IMG/VR virus record: IMGVR_UViG_3300035698_007355 | Coordinates: 1-64,000 of that record | Origin: a virus | Direction: 5' to 3' (one strand) | Length of the DNA: 64,000 nt | Shown here: positions 1-9,303 of the stretch, piece by piece | Layout of the letters: each line of letters starts with the position of its first letter | Numbering within the stretch: the stretch's first letter is position 1 | Position numbers and translations under genes: made by a program | Notes under the pieces: model-generated | What the model was told of the DNA's origin: nothing | Seen by the model: the letters and a program-made list of their open reading frames with translations, nothing else | Databases searched by the model: none

Positions 1-1
1 A

Positions 2-124
2 GATAGTAGACATTTTGATACCATTAAGTCTGTAAAGTTGTCTAATATTAAAGAAGACGTTTGGGATATTACAGTGTATGATGACACACATTGTTTTCAA
101 TGTGATTATGTTATAACTGGAAAC
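2..124 (+). mobile_element. C-terminal end of intein 1 in RNR
   Basis: Block F/G-like VWDITVYDDTHCF...VITGN followed by +1 Cys (CLEQ, the C of the NPCxE active-site motif). Confidence 0.85.
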
Positions 125-2023
125 TGTCTCGAACAAACTTTAGAACCATATGAATTGTGCTGTGTAACAGGAGATACTAGAATACAAACGAGAAATGGAA
201 TTCCTAAAATTGAAGATACTCTTGGAAAAGAAGTAGAAATATGGAACGGAGACAATTGGTCAAAAGTAAAACCATTTCATACTGGAATGAGACCAATATA
301 TAGAGTAGAATTAAGTGATGGAAGTCATTTAGATGTAACCAGTAACCATGAATGGTCTGTTAAAAAACCAACAGAAAGAACATTTAAAAAGAAAACAACT
401 ATGGAATTAGAACCTGGTATGTATCTTCCAGAATTTGAATTGAAATTAGATAACAATGGTATAGATGAATTAAATGCTTATTCGATAGGATGGTTCACTG
501 GAGATGGTTATATGGATAAGAATAGACCTTTAGTAGTCGTTCAACAACCAGAGTATGAAAAAGTATTGCCAGTACTTAAAGGAATACAATATAAAGAACA
601 ACATCCTTGGAATTATAAGAAACCATTTAGAAGAGTTTCTATGGTTGGTATAGTTAGTGAAAAGTTAGGAAAAGAACTTAGAAATTATGATATTGGTTTA
701 CCAGAAGAAATATTTAAATATAATAGAGAAAGTATTAAGGATTTCTTTGGTGGTTGGATAGATGCGGATGGTCATTTAGGTAGACAAGAAAATACGGATA
801 GTTATAGATTGTTTGGTTCAGAAAAAAAACTTAGAGACGCACAATTGCTTATGAGAAAAATTGGAATTAATCATTCTACTCTATCATTGATGTCTCCAAA
901 AGGATTTAAAACAAATAAAGGAATTAGAAATCACGACCTATATTGTTTATTAATACCTAGTTACGAATCTCAATTCATAAATACCGAATTAAAAGTTGCT
1001 GAAAGATTTGGAAGTAGATATAGAAGAAACAACGCACATAAACAAAGTGAAATGATAGATTCTGCTAGAAAACAAAAAATAGTTAGAGTGTTAATAACAC
1101 CAAGAATGGAAGAAACATATTGTTTTGAAGAACCAAAAAAACATATGGGCGTATTTGGAAACGTATTAACTTATCAATGTTTAGTTGAGACTTATCCAAG
1201 TAAACACGAATCATTAGAAGAATGGCAAGAAACATTGAAGTATGCATATTTATATGCTAAAACAATAACTCTTATGTCAACTCATAATTCCTTAACTAAT
1301 GCGGTGATGTTACGTAATAAGCGTATCGGATGCAGTATTAGTGGAATAACACAAGCATTTACTAAGTTCGGTCGCAGGGACTTTCTAGATGCTTGTGAAG
1401 TTGGCTACGATAAGATACAAAATTGGGATAAAGTATATTCAGATTGGTTATGTGTGCCTCGTAGTATTAAAACTACAAGTATTAAACCATCAGGAACTGT
1501 TAGTCTATTAGGCGGAGTTACTCCTGGAATACATTATCCTATAAGTGAATATTATATTAGAAACGTTAGATTTCAAGAAGGTAGTCCATTGCTTGTTAAA
1601 TTAAAAGACGCTGGTTACAAGATTGAAAAAGATAAATATTCCTTACATACGTTTGTTGTGAGTTTCCCTGTCAAGGAAGAATACTTTGATAGAGGAATAA
1701 ATGATGTGACTATGTGGGAACAACTTGAAAACACTGCACAAGTTCAAAAGTCTTGGGCAGATAATCAAGTAAGTGTTACTATTAGTTTCGATGAAACTGA
1801 AGGTAAACAAATTGTAAAAGCATTGGAATTGTATGAGACTCGATTAAAGGGTGTATCTTTCTTACCAAAGAGAGACCATGGTTATAAACAAGCACCATAT
1901 ATTCCAATAACAAAAGAACAGTATGAAAAAGAAAGTGCTAAAGTAACAACATTGAAATTAAAAGAAGACGTTCACGACCAAACAGAAAAGTTCTGTGATG
2001 GAACTAGTTGTGAAATTAAATAA
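2..2023 (+). CDS. nrdJ: Class II (B12-dependent) ribonucleotide reductase, 3' part, 5'-truncated by the window; contains the end of one intein and one complete intein
   Basis: Frame is open back to nt 2. Spliced extein reads CLEQTLEPYELC-CLVETYP, then RIGCSISG, TTSIKPSGTVSLL, WADNQVSVTISF and a C-terminal CDGTSC cysteine pair. Confidence 0.93.
   Translation, partial: DSRHFDTIKSVKLSNIKEDVWDITVYDDTHCFQCDYVITGNCLEQTLEPYELCCVTGDTRIQTRNGIPKIEDTLGKEVEIWNGDNWSKVKPFHTGMRPIYRVELSDGSHLDVTSNHEWSVKKPTERTFKKKTTMELEPGMYLPEFELKLDNNGIDELNAYSIGWFTGDGYMDKNRPLVVVQQPEYEKVLPVLKGIQYKEQHPWNYKKPFRRVSMVGIVSEKLGKELRNYDIGLPEEIFKYNRESIKDFFGGWIDADGHLGRQENTDSYRLFGSEKKLRDAQLLMRKIGINHSTLSLMSPKGFKTNKGIRNHDLYCLLIPSYESQFINTELKVAERFGSRYRRNNAHKQSEMIDSARKQKIVRVLITPRMEETYCFEEPKKHMGVFGNVLTYQCLVETYPSKHESLEEWQETLKYAYLYAKTITLMSTHNSLTNAVMLRNKRIGCSISGITQAFTKFGRRDFLDACEVGYDKIQNWDKVYSDWLCVPRSIKTTSIKPSGTVSLLGGVTPGIHYPISEYYIRNVRFQEGSPLLVKLKDAGYKIEKDKYSLHTFVVSFPVKEEYFDRGINDVTMWEQLENTAQVQKSWADNQVSVTISFDETEGKQIVKALELYETRLKGVSFLPKRDHGYKQAPYIPITKEQYEKESAKVTTLKLKEDVHDQTEKFCDGTSCEIK
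161..1177 (+). mobile_element. Intein 2 in RNR (339 aa) with LAGLIDADG homing endonuclease and terminal Gln
   Basis: Starts CVTGDTRIQT. Block B LDVTSNHEW. LAGLIDADG motifs IGWFTGDG and GGWIDADG. Ends TYCFEEP...GNVLTYQ|C. Confidence 0.9.
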
Positions 2024-2036
2024 TGAGGTAAAAAAA

Positions 2037-2357
2037 ATGAAGAATGAAGAATTAGTAAAATATAATAAGAAACAAGCTGAAACAATTAATACTATAGCTG
2101 ATAATCAAAGAATTTTAATTGATAGAATTGCAAAGCTTGAAAGTAGAGATGCTTCAGTAGATACTGAGTTAGCTATTAATAAAGCAGTTGATAAAATTGT
2201 TACAAGTGTAACACAACAAACAACGCCTGCTCCTGTAGAACCTACTCCAGTAGCACAACCTACACCAGTAGAAACACCAGTGGCAGCCCCTACACCAGTA
2301 GTGCCAAAAGTAGAAACAGTACCAGAAGCTCCAGCAACAGAAAAAACAACACAATAG
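2037..2357 (+). CDS. Hypothetical protein: coiled-coil N-terminus, Pro/Thr/Val-rich tail
   Basis: GAGGT RBS before ATG 2037; PTPV repeats. Confidence 0.65.
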   Translation: MKNEELVKYNKKQAETINTIADNQRILIDRIAKLESRDASVDTELAINKAVDKIVTSVTQQTTPAPVEPTPVAQPTPVETPVAAPTPVVPKVETVPEAPATEKTTQ

Positions 2358-2367
2358 AGGTTAAAAG

Positions 2368-2601
2368 ATGGCTATGATAGAAACACTAGTAATAGTGTTA
2401 TTAATTATTAATTTTTCACTTGTTTTTATAATTGGTGGACTTAATATTAGAATAAAACAAGTAGAAAGAATGACTAAAGAAATGATAACATTAGTCGGTA
2501 AATCTGCTATGACAAGTATGGGATTAGGAGTATTACCAGGAACATCAGGCGGACCTAAAGCAAACATAAAGAATGAAAAAACTAATCCACTAGTTGGATA
2601 G
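2368..2601 (+). CDS. Small membrane protein
   Basis: N-terminal hydrophobic helix; GAGG RBS. Confidence 0.6.
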   Translation: MAMIETLVIVLLIINFSLVFIIGGLNIRIKQVERMTKEMITLVGKSAMTSMGLGVLPGTSGGPKANIKNEKTNPLVG

Positions 2602-2610
2602 AGGTATAAA

Positions 2611-3444
2611 ATGAATTTAAAAATATGGCTAAAAAGCCTATATGTAAACATACAAAAAAGCGATAATGCACCTTTTGTAGAATCAATAAAAGACTATAAA
2701 GAACTTATAAAAGTTATGACAGAAGATAGTGAAATTCTTTGGGGATTTAATGAAGACCTACACAAAGAAGTAGATATGTTAAATTCCCAACTTATATCTA
2801 ATGACAAACATAATACATTAATAAGTTATAGATGTTGGTTAAAGAATAACATAGTACCTAAATCAAGATACTATGATTTTGGGCATGGTAGAAAACAAGT
2901 CCATACAATCTTCGCTGATAGTCTAAAAGACGAAGAACTGATTAGGGACTTTATTGTTAGTGATTTAGAATTCGATGCTACTGTATATGATACTGCTGAT
3001 AAATTAGTTTATTGGTTTAATAGAAAGCTTAGTCAGAAATACCCTACAAGTAAATACTATGCTTATGATACTGTACTATATGGTAAAAGAGAATATTGGG
3101 CTACAGCTAAAGAAACTATCGCTTTACTTAGAAAAGGTGGAAAGAGTTTTGATTGTGATGATAGTATGACACTTAGATATAGTTGTTTATATTATTTGTT
3201 AGAAGATTATTTTCCAGACGATAAAGACAGACTTAGAGGATTCATTGTAGATATGTGGGTTGGTGGAGGACACGCTTTACTTGCTTGGATTAAAGAAGGA
3301 CCTAACGATTGGATTCCAATTGAAACAACTTTCTTAGATGATAAAGAAGGTGTAATCTGGAATGGTAATTATAAGATTAGAGACCAATTATTATATCAAA
3401 TAAGATATAGTTTTGACAATGAATCTGAATATGAGAGAATTTAA
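2611..3444 (+). CDS. Transglutaminase-like cysteine protease
   Basis: EYWATAKET, FDCDD (Cys), GGGHA (His), WIPIETT (acidic residue): papain-like triad spacing. Confidence 0.75.
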   Translation: MNLKIWLKSLYVNIQKSDNAPFVESIKDYKELIKVMTEDSEILWGFNEDLHKEVDMLNSQLISNDKHNTLISYRCWLKNNIVPKSRYYDFGHGRKQVHTIFADSLKDEELIRDFIVSDLEFDATVYDTADKLVYWFNRKLSQKYPTSKYYAYDTVLYGKREYWATAKETIALLRKGGKSFDCDDSMTLRYSCLYYLLEDYFPDDKDRLRGFIVDMWVGGGHALLAWIKEGPNDWIPIETTFLDDKEGVIWNGNYKIRDQLLYQIRYSFDNESEYERI

Positions 3445-3445
3445 A

Positions 3446-3685
3446 ATGACTTTTGAAGAAGAATTTCCGAATTTATGTATAAAAGAAGATGTTAATGCAC
3501 AAGTTAAAGATTTAAGATATACTAGATTAACAATGGAAAAATTACTAGAAGATATACAAGCGCAATGTATTGATAAACAACGAGTGAAAGAAGCAATTGA
3601 AAAGGTATTAAGAACTATACACGAAGATGAATGGGGAGACTATAGACATTATTTTAGTGAATTAGAAGAGGAGTTGGGACTATGA
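3446..3685 (+). CDS. Hypothetical protein
   Basis: ORF packed in an operon. Confidence 0.55.
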   Translation: MTFEEEFPNLCIKEDVNAQVKDLRYTRLTMEKLLEDIQAQCIDKQRVKEAIEKVLRTIHEDEWGDYRHYFSELEEELGL

Positions 3686-3812
3686 TATCAACAGAAATAT
3701 TTATTATGATGCAATTATTTTTACCACAAGAAGTTAATTGGTGGTGGATATTGTTGTTTTTGTTCTTTGATGCAATGTCATTTGGTGGAGTAAAACAATT
3801 AATGAAAGAAAA

Positions 3813-4196
3813 ATGATGTGGAAAAATATACCAAAAGATATTAGTGAATACCACGGATATGTTTATAAAATCATACATATCCCTACTGGTAGATACTATA
3901 TTGGTAAAAAATCATTTTGGTTCAAGAAAGTTAGACCACCTTTAAAAGGGCGTAAGAATAAAAGACATTACAGAGTTGAATCTGATTGGAAAACTTATTG
4001 GGGCTCATCTAAACAGTTCCAAGAATTTGTAGAATCAGAAGGTGAAGATAAATTCGAAAGAATTATTCTTAAATGTTGTTTCACTAAATTTGATTGGTCA
4101 TATTCAGAACTATTATTTCAGCTTAAAGCTGATGTATTATTCGATGATTTATCTTATAATGAGATGATAAACGTGAGATTAAGGAAAAGGAAATAA
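3813..4196 (+). CDS. GIY-YIG family endonuclease
   Basis: GYVYKI...GRYYIGKK, YWGSS, conserved Glu and terminal YN. Confidence 0.85.
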   Translation: MMWKNIPKDISEYHGYVYKIIHIPTGRYYIGKKSFWFKKVRPPLKGRKNKRHYRVESDWKTYWGSSKQFQEFVESEGEDKFERIILKCCFTKFDWSYSELLFQLKADVLFDDLSYNEMINVRLRKRK

Positions 4197-4239
4197 CTAT
4201 GAAAGAAATAAAAGACATAGAAAATTATGAGGTAAAAAA

Positions 4240-4473
4240 ATGAAAACATTAAAAGAAAGTTTTGCACTAGAAGAAATGGTACAAAAACAACTAGTTAAAG
4301 ACCATGGTATCATGAAAGCATCACAGATACGATATGAGTTCAATGATTTATACTATAAGAAGCATGTACACCCAGTAGTAGGGATAGACACTATAATGTT
4401 TCATAAAGCAGTTGCTTTGAAGGCTTACACTTACATGCGGTATGCAGAGCGACACTATGGACAACGAGATTAA
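4240..4473 (+). CDS. Hypothetical protein
   Basis: GAGGT RBS; ORF. Confidence 0.55.
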   Translation: MKTLKESFALEEMVQKQLVKDHGIMKASQIRYEFNDLYYKKHVHPVVGIDTIMFHKAVALKAYTYMRYAERHYGQRD

Positions 4474-4482
4474 AAGATTAAA

Positions 4483-4659
4483 ATGGGAAGTCAAAATGCC
4501 AATTGGACCGAAGCTGTTCGTGAAGATGCTTTAGATGCACGTTGTATTTATTGTGGGTATATGTATAAATTAAACGAATCTTCCGCTGAAAATTATGCCG
4601 ATTATTGTACTCAAAATTGTGAAGATAACGAACAAGATGAATGGATAATGAAACAATAG
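4483..4659 (+). CDS. Small Cys4 zinc-finger protein (58 aa, not in ORF track)
   Basis: Manual translation: MGSQNANW...CIYC...YCTQNC... Confidence 0.5.
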   Translation: MGSQNANWTEAVREDALDARCIYCGYMYKLNESSAENYADYCTQNCEDNEQDEWIMKQ

Positions 4660-4804
4660 GTGAAAAAAGATGAAATTAGAAGATATAGACGCTGAAACAA
4701 TTAAAAAAAACACTATTAAAAGTAATCCCTTTATAAAGGAAAGAACAGAAAAACAAGAAACAGAGGTAAATAATGCAATTTTACAGTATATAGATAGATG
4801 AAAT

Positions 4805-4819
4805 CGAAACATTTATATA
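4805..4819 (+). promoter_or_regulatory. Archaeal BRE-TATA promoter
   Basis: CGAAACATTTATATA upstream of the S-layer-like gene; the same motif recurs in other intergenic regions. Confidence 0.8.
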
Positions 4820-4974
4820 CTTAAACTTACATAAATACTCTATGGTGAATAAAAACCACTAAATAAACACTTCTATGCCCCAATTACATTAGTTTTACTC
4901 GGAGTATAGACGGTGCAATCAAATTTTTGACCAAAGTGGTCGAAATATAGACAAAACCAATAGGTGATGCCAAA

Positions 4975-6501
4975 ATGGATATAAAAAAAATAGGAGTAAT
5001 CGGTGTTATTGCTATTTTAGCTATCGCACTTGTATTTGCATTAGTCGCAAACACAAACAAATTTAGCGAAGTTGAAGTAACAAATGCAGTCGACAGTGCT
5101 AACGCATTGAAGGATGTAAACATTGATGACTTAAATGGACAAATATCTGTACTAGAAACAGATAATAGTGCACTTGAATTAGAAGTGACAAATTTGGAAA
5201 CAACAGTAGCAGATAAAGACAACGAGATAGCAGAACTAAATGCAGCAGAAGAACCTATCGAAGCAGAACTAGAAGTACCGTCTTACTTAATGGACGATGT
5301 TAAACTTGAAGCAAACTACAAAGGAACTGTAGACAGCGACGACTTACAAACATTGTTATTCTATGAAGTAGATTATGATGGTGACGACTATGATGTAGAA
5401 GAAGTATTGAAATTTAATAAAGACTTTAAGAACATATTAAATGTAGAAGACTTCGGTTCAGATATTGCAATAGAAGTTGGCTCTGAAAGCCTAAGATATA
5501 CATTGGAATTTGACTCCCCAATCAAAATGATTGCAGACGAAGATTTAGACGTAACATTTTTAGGAAAAGATTTGACAATAGTTAGCTCTGGTAACAACGA
5601 AATCACTTACAGAACTTCAGAAAAGGTAAAATTATCTTTGAATGAAGAATTCACTTATCAAGACAACATAATCAAAGTTGTTGGATTCGATGATGAAGGT
5701 GACAACTCAGTTTTACTATTAGTAGGCGATGAGTTAGTTTCATTAGAAGAAAAAGACACTAAAAGAGTAAACGACATTAAAATTAACGTAGAGGATATTT
5801 TCTTATCTTCAATCGGTGATTATAATTCGGTGGTTCTTTATGTTGGTGAAGATATTGTGGAAACTGTAGACAGTGGTGACGAGTTTGAAGACGATGATAG
5901 ATATGATTGGTTTATTAAATCTAACTCTAATGGTATTTCTAAAATTGGTGTAATACTAGTTGAAGAATTAACAGAAGAAGACGAAGTAATGGCTCTTGGT
6001 GATTCACTAAGTTTACCATACGATTATAAAACAATTACATTTGATTCACTTAGAGAACTTGATGTTATTGACCTAACAGCTTCTGTAAGAACAGATGAAA
6101 TCAAAATTAGTTTCGATGGAACAATCGAGATTGACGGTAAGAAAATCGACGATAATAAATTTACATTTAACGGAACAGACGTTGAGTACGAATATAAAGA
6201 CGACAAAATGAATACTACTGACTTGACTAAAATTGTTATTTTTGTAGAAGACAGAGAACTTGGATTCGACTATAATGGAACAGACGAAGAATTTTTAATT
6301 GGTTCTTATGCGTTTGGTTATGACTTTGGTGTAAAAAATATTACTAGTGCACCTGAAGGAGACGAAGACGACGACTATAGATTTGCTTATGGAGACATTC
6401 TTTATGCATCAGACGCTAATAACGCTGACGACGAAGAAACTTCAATTAAACTAGGTCTTGTCAACGACGAAACTAAGGAAGTTGTTTTAAAAGTTGTGTG
6501 A
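4975..6501 (+). CDS. S-layer-like secreted acidic protein
   Basis: Signal peptide MDIKKIGVIGVIAILAIA, very acidic beta-rich body, VTFLGKDLTIV segment reminiscent of euryarchaeal/DPANN S-layer proteins. Has its own promoter and a T-rich terminator. Confidence 0.65.
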   Translation: MDIKKIGVIGVIAILAIALVFALVANTNKFSEVEVTNAVDSANALKDVNIDDLNGQISVLETDNSALELEVTNLETTVADKDNEIAELNAAEEPIEAELEVPSYLMDDVKLEANYKGTVDSDDLQTLLFYEVDYDGDDYDVEEVLKFNKDFKNILNVEDFGSDIAIEVGSESLRYTLEFDSPIKMIADEDLDVTFLGKDLTIVSSGNNEITYRTSEKVKLSLNEEFTYQDNIIKVVGFDDEGDNSVLLLVGDELVSLEEKDTKRVNDIKINVEDIFLSSIGDYNSVVLYVGEDIVETVDSGDEFEDDDRYDWFIKSNSNGISKIGVILVEELTEEDEVMALGDSLSLPYDYKTITFDSLRELDVIDLTASVRTDEIKISFDGTIEIDGKKIDDNKFTFNGTDVEYEYKDDKMNTTDLTKIVIFVEDRELGFDYNGTDEEFLIGSYAFGYDFGVKNITSAPEGDEDDDYRFAYGDILYASDANNADDEETSIKLGLVNDETKEVVLKVV

Positions 6502-6513
6502 AAACGCAACTAA

Positions 6514-6536
6514 TTTTTTTATTTTTTTTTATTTTT
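6514..6536 (+). terminator. Oligo-T terminator
   Basis: TTTTTTTATTTTTTTTTATTTTT right after the stop codon. Confidence 0.55.
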
Positions 6537-6703
6537 GAACTAATCTAACGTAGGAGGCAAAACAATGAGAATCGGAATAGTACGATTTTGTAAAAGTTTA
6601 CTGCTCTTAAGTATAAGAATTATGATTCAAAAGTATATTAATAAATCTGATATCATAGTTATGGTAAGGAAAAAATATAGTGACAAAAAAGAGGCATTAA
6701 ACA

Positions 6704-6931
6704 ATGACAGATGAGAATGATATGACGCCACCAGTTAAAGTTGGAGAAGTTATAGAAGACCAAGAAGTGATAAATTTAGGAAAACACAATGATGGTGTTA
6801 TAAAATATCAAAATTATATTATATTTGTATCAGGTGATATGAAAATAGGTGATATCGTAACATTAACAATAGAGAAAGTTCTTCCCAAGTTTGGGATTGG
6901 AACAAAGATTAAAGAAGGTGAACAAGAATGA
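6704..6931 (+). CDS. Single TRAM-domain protein (archaeal-type RNA chaperone)
   Basis: PPVKVGE...LGKHNDGVIKYQNYIIFV...GDIVTLTIEKVLPKFGIG matches the archaeal stand-alone TRAM pattern. Confidence 0.85.
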   Translation: MTDENDMTPPVKVGEVIEDQEVINLGKHNDGVIKYQNYIIFVSGDMKIGDIVTLTIEKVLPKFGIGTKIKEGEQE

Positions 6932-7194
6932 ATGGAGATTTTATTATATTAGTAGGAGCGCCTCTAGCTAGAGCAATCGCAGGTTGGGCACAAAACGCAT
7001 TAACCGACGATAAAATATCTCAATTAGAGTGGAAAAAGCTAGTAGAAACAATATTTAGATTAGGAGTACCTGCATTTGCATTATACTTCGGAATGAATTT
7101 AAGCGTAGAAATATCAGCAGCTCTACCAATCTTAGCAGATTATGTATTTAATTATGCAGTTAAATTTATAAAAAAACAAAAAGAGAAAAAATAA
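6928..7194 (+). CDS. Small multi-pass membrane protein, holin-like
   Basis: Two to three hydrophobic segments and a basic C-terminus. Confidence 0.45.
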   Translation: MNGDFIILVGAPLARAIAGWAQNALTDDKISQLEWKKLVETIFRLGVPAFALYFGMNLSVEISAALPILADYVFNYAVKFIKKQKEKK

Positions 7195-7232
7195 TTTTTT
7201 AATAGGTGGTTTATTCCACCTGTCTTTCTTTT
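7194..7232. terminator. Terminator between convergent gene blocks
   Basis: AGGTGG-tttatt-CCACCT hairpin flanked by T-tracts. Confidence 0.5.
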
Positions 7233-7240
7233 AATTATTA

Positions 7241-7558
7241 TTAACGTGTAAGTAATAACTTAACGTCAGTCTTTATTTCTGAAACATCGTCTTCTATATT
7301 TTCAACTCGTTCTGTAATAACAGCTATGTTTACTTTATTATCTATAGCTGTATCTTCTAATCCTATAAGCGTTTCACCATTAGTTGAACTAATATCGTTA
7401 TTAGCATCTACTTTAGTTTGTAATACGCCCCACGCAACTGCTGCTGGTATCATTGCTAGGAATAGCATAATAACTATACTAATTATAGCTACAGAGTGCG
7501 AGACATTAAGCCCGCCGTTACCGTCACTTCGAAAATAATGTTTTTCTTTTTCTGCCAT
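7241..7558 (-). CDS. Membrane-anchored coiled-coil protein, possibly lysis-related
   Basis: One TM helix plus heptad C-terminus; last gene of the late operon; GGAGG RBS. Confidence 0.5.
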   Translation of the reverse strand: MAEKEKHYFRSDGNGGLNVSHSVAIISIVIMLFLAMIPAAVAWGVLQTKVDANNDISSTNGETLIGLEDTAIDNKVNIAVITERVENIEDDVSEIKTDVKLLLTR

Positions 7559-7691
7559 ACTGCATGCCTCCTTTTCTTCTGTACTTCGATTTACTTGATT
7601 TGAAGCGACTTTATTGTAGTAAGCATAAACTATGCTTTACTACTAAACGTTGCTTAAACAAGACTTATGCGCTCTTAAACGCGATGTGTGC

Positions 7692-9302
7692 TTACTTGTA
7701 TAGTAAACATACGCTTTCATATGATGGACTTGTAGATGATGTTGATGCTCTATCTAATGTTATTTTAAACTTCAAATTTCTACCAGGTATAGTAAACGTA
7801 TGTTCTAAAGCATTTTTAACTTTAGTTGTTATATCGTCCCATGTACCTGTAGCTCCACCTTGATTTGATACTTCGTACTTATCTCCATAAATATAATCAT
7901 TATGATATCTTCTAAATGAACAACTAGTTACATCATAATCAGCTACTAAATTAATACTTGTAGCTACTCCAACTGTTTTACTAATTGCTAAAATTAATCT
8001 ACCATCTGTTTCTGTTGTTCCTAAATGTTCCATCTTAGATGGGTCTTCTGTAAAATAAACGGTATAACTATCTTTCATACCAAATGGATTGTCAAGTCCT
8101 GATAATACTGTAGAGTTATTTACTGCTGACATAAGATAATCTGATATTACTTTTCTAGTATTATTGAAATTCACTGATGTAGTGCTTTTAGTAAAATTAT
8201 GTACAAATTCTTTTATTCTATACATACCATGTATTCCAGTATAAGGTATTGATACATCTATCCTTTCTCCTGGTCTTAATGAATGTAATAATACTGAAGT
8301 TACTTTTCCATCAGGATTACTAGACGTATTGACATCTAATTCAACATTTGCCTTTTCTTGTACTTCATCCATAGTATCTAAATCATCTGCATTAACTATT
8401 TTATCTTTTATCCATAAATCCGATTGAGAAGATGAATTTTCTTCTGTTTTTAATAATAATATATTTGAACTTTCTGTTTTACCATATACACTTACTCTAT
8501 TATAAATATTATTGTTATTTATACCATAATCTGACACGCCTAATAAATTAACACCAAACGCAATATTAGATACTGTATTTGTTATAGCATTAACAACAAA
8601 AGACCTAAGATACCATTGTGATGCTGTTATATCATAATATATATAACTATCCATAACAACTCTATCACATATATCTCCTATAATAGATATACCTGTCTGA
8701 TTTGCATATGTTGCACTTAGAACTGTAGATGGAAGATTAGTTACAGATATGTCCCATGTTACAGTATTATCACTTTGTAATGTCGCAGTTGCCCACGCAG
8801 AACCATTCCAAAATTGTAATTTAACATCTGAATAATTGTTTGATAATAACATAGCAAGCGCTTCAGCACCAGTTGCTGCCGCATATAATATACTAACAAT
8901 TTGGTCTGAAAATCCTGGATATTCTCTTCCAGTTATATTAACTGTCCATCCATTATTACTAGAAAGCCCATATGTAACATTATCTATTCTACCTGTAAAA
9001 ATATGTGTTGTAGCATCTGTTGAATCTGCATAAATATGAACATATTCTCCACCATCAAATTTATCTAAAAATCTACCTTGTATATTGGCTAAAGATATTC
9101 TAAAATTTGCTAACTTATTAGTAGCTGGTCTATTTAGAGTAGCATCAATAGTCCAATTATTAGCATCTGCTCCTCCATAAGAATCTAAAACTGTATATGT
9201 AACATCAGAATCGTCTATTATTTGAATTCTGGTATAAGTTATAGCAGTAGTTGGAATATGTACTGCACCGCTTGGATTACTTCTTAAATTTCTAACTGGC
9301 AT
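7692..9302 (-). CDS. Tail tip / baseplate hub-like protein
   Basis: IFTGRID, NRVSVYG and LRPGERIDV hub-like motifs; lies downstream of the tape measure. Confidence 0.65.
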   Translation of the reverse strand: MPVRNLRSNPSGAVHIPTTAITYTRIQIIDDSDVTYTVLDSYGGADANNWTIDATLNRPATNKLANFRISLANIQGRFLDKFDGGEYVHIYADSTDATTHIFTGRIDNVTYGLSSNNGWTVNITGREYPGFSDQIVSILYAAATGAEALAMLLSNNYSDVKLQFWNGSAWATATLQSDNTVTWDISVTNLPSTVLSATYANQTGISIIGDICDRVVMDSYIYYDITASQWYLRSFVVNAITNTVSNIAFGVNLLGVSDYGINNNNIYNRVSVYGKTESSNILLLKTEENSSSQSDLWIKDKIVNADDLDTMDEVQEKANVELDVNTSSNPDGKVTSVLLHSLRPGERIDVSIPYTGIHGMYRIKEFVHNFTKSTTSVNFNNTRKVISDYLMSAVNNSTVLSGLDNPFGMKDSYTVYFTEDPSKMEHLGTTETDGRLILAISKTVGVATSINLVADYDVTSCSFRRYHNDYIYGDKYEVSNQGGATGTWDDITTKVKNALEHTFTIPGRNLKFKITLDRASTSSTSPSYESVCLLYK

Positions 9303-9303
9303 T

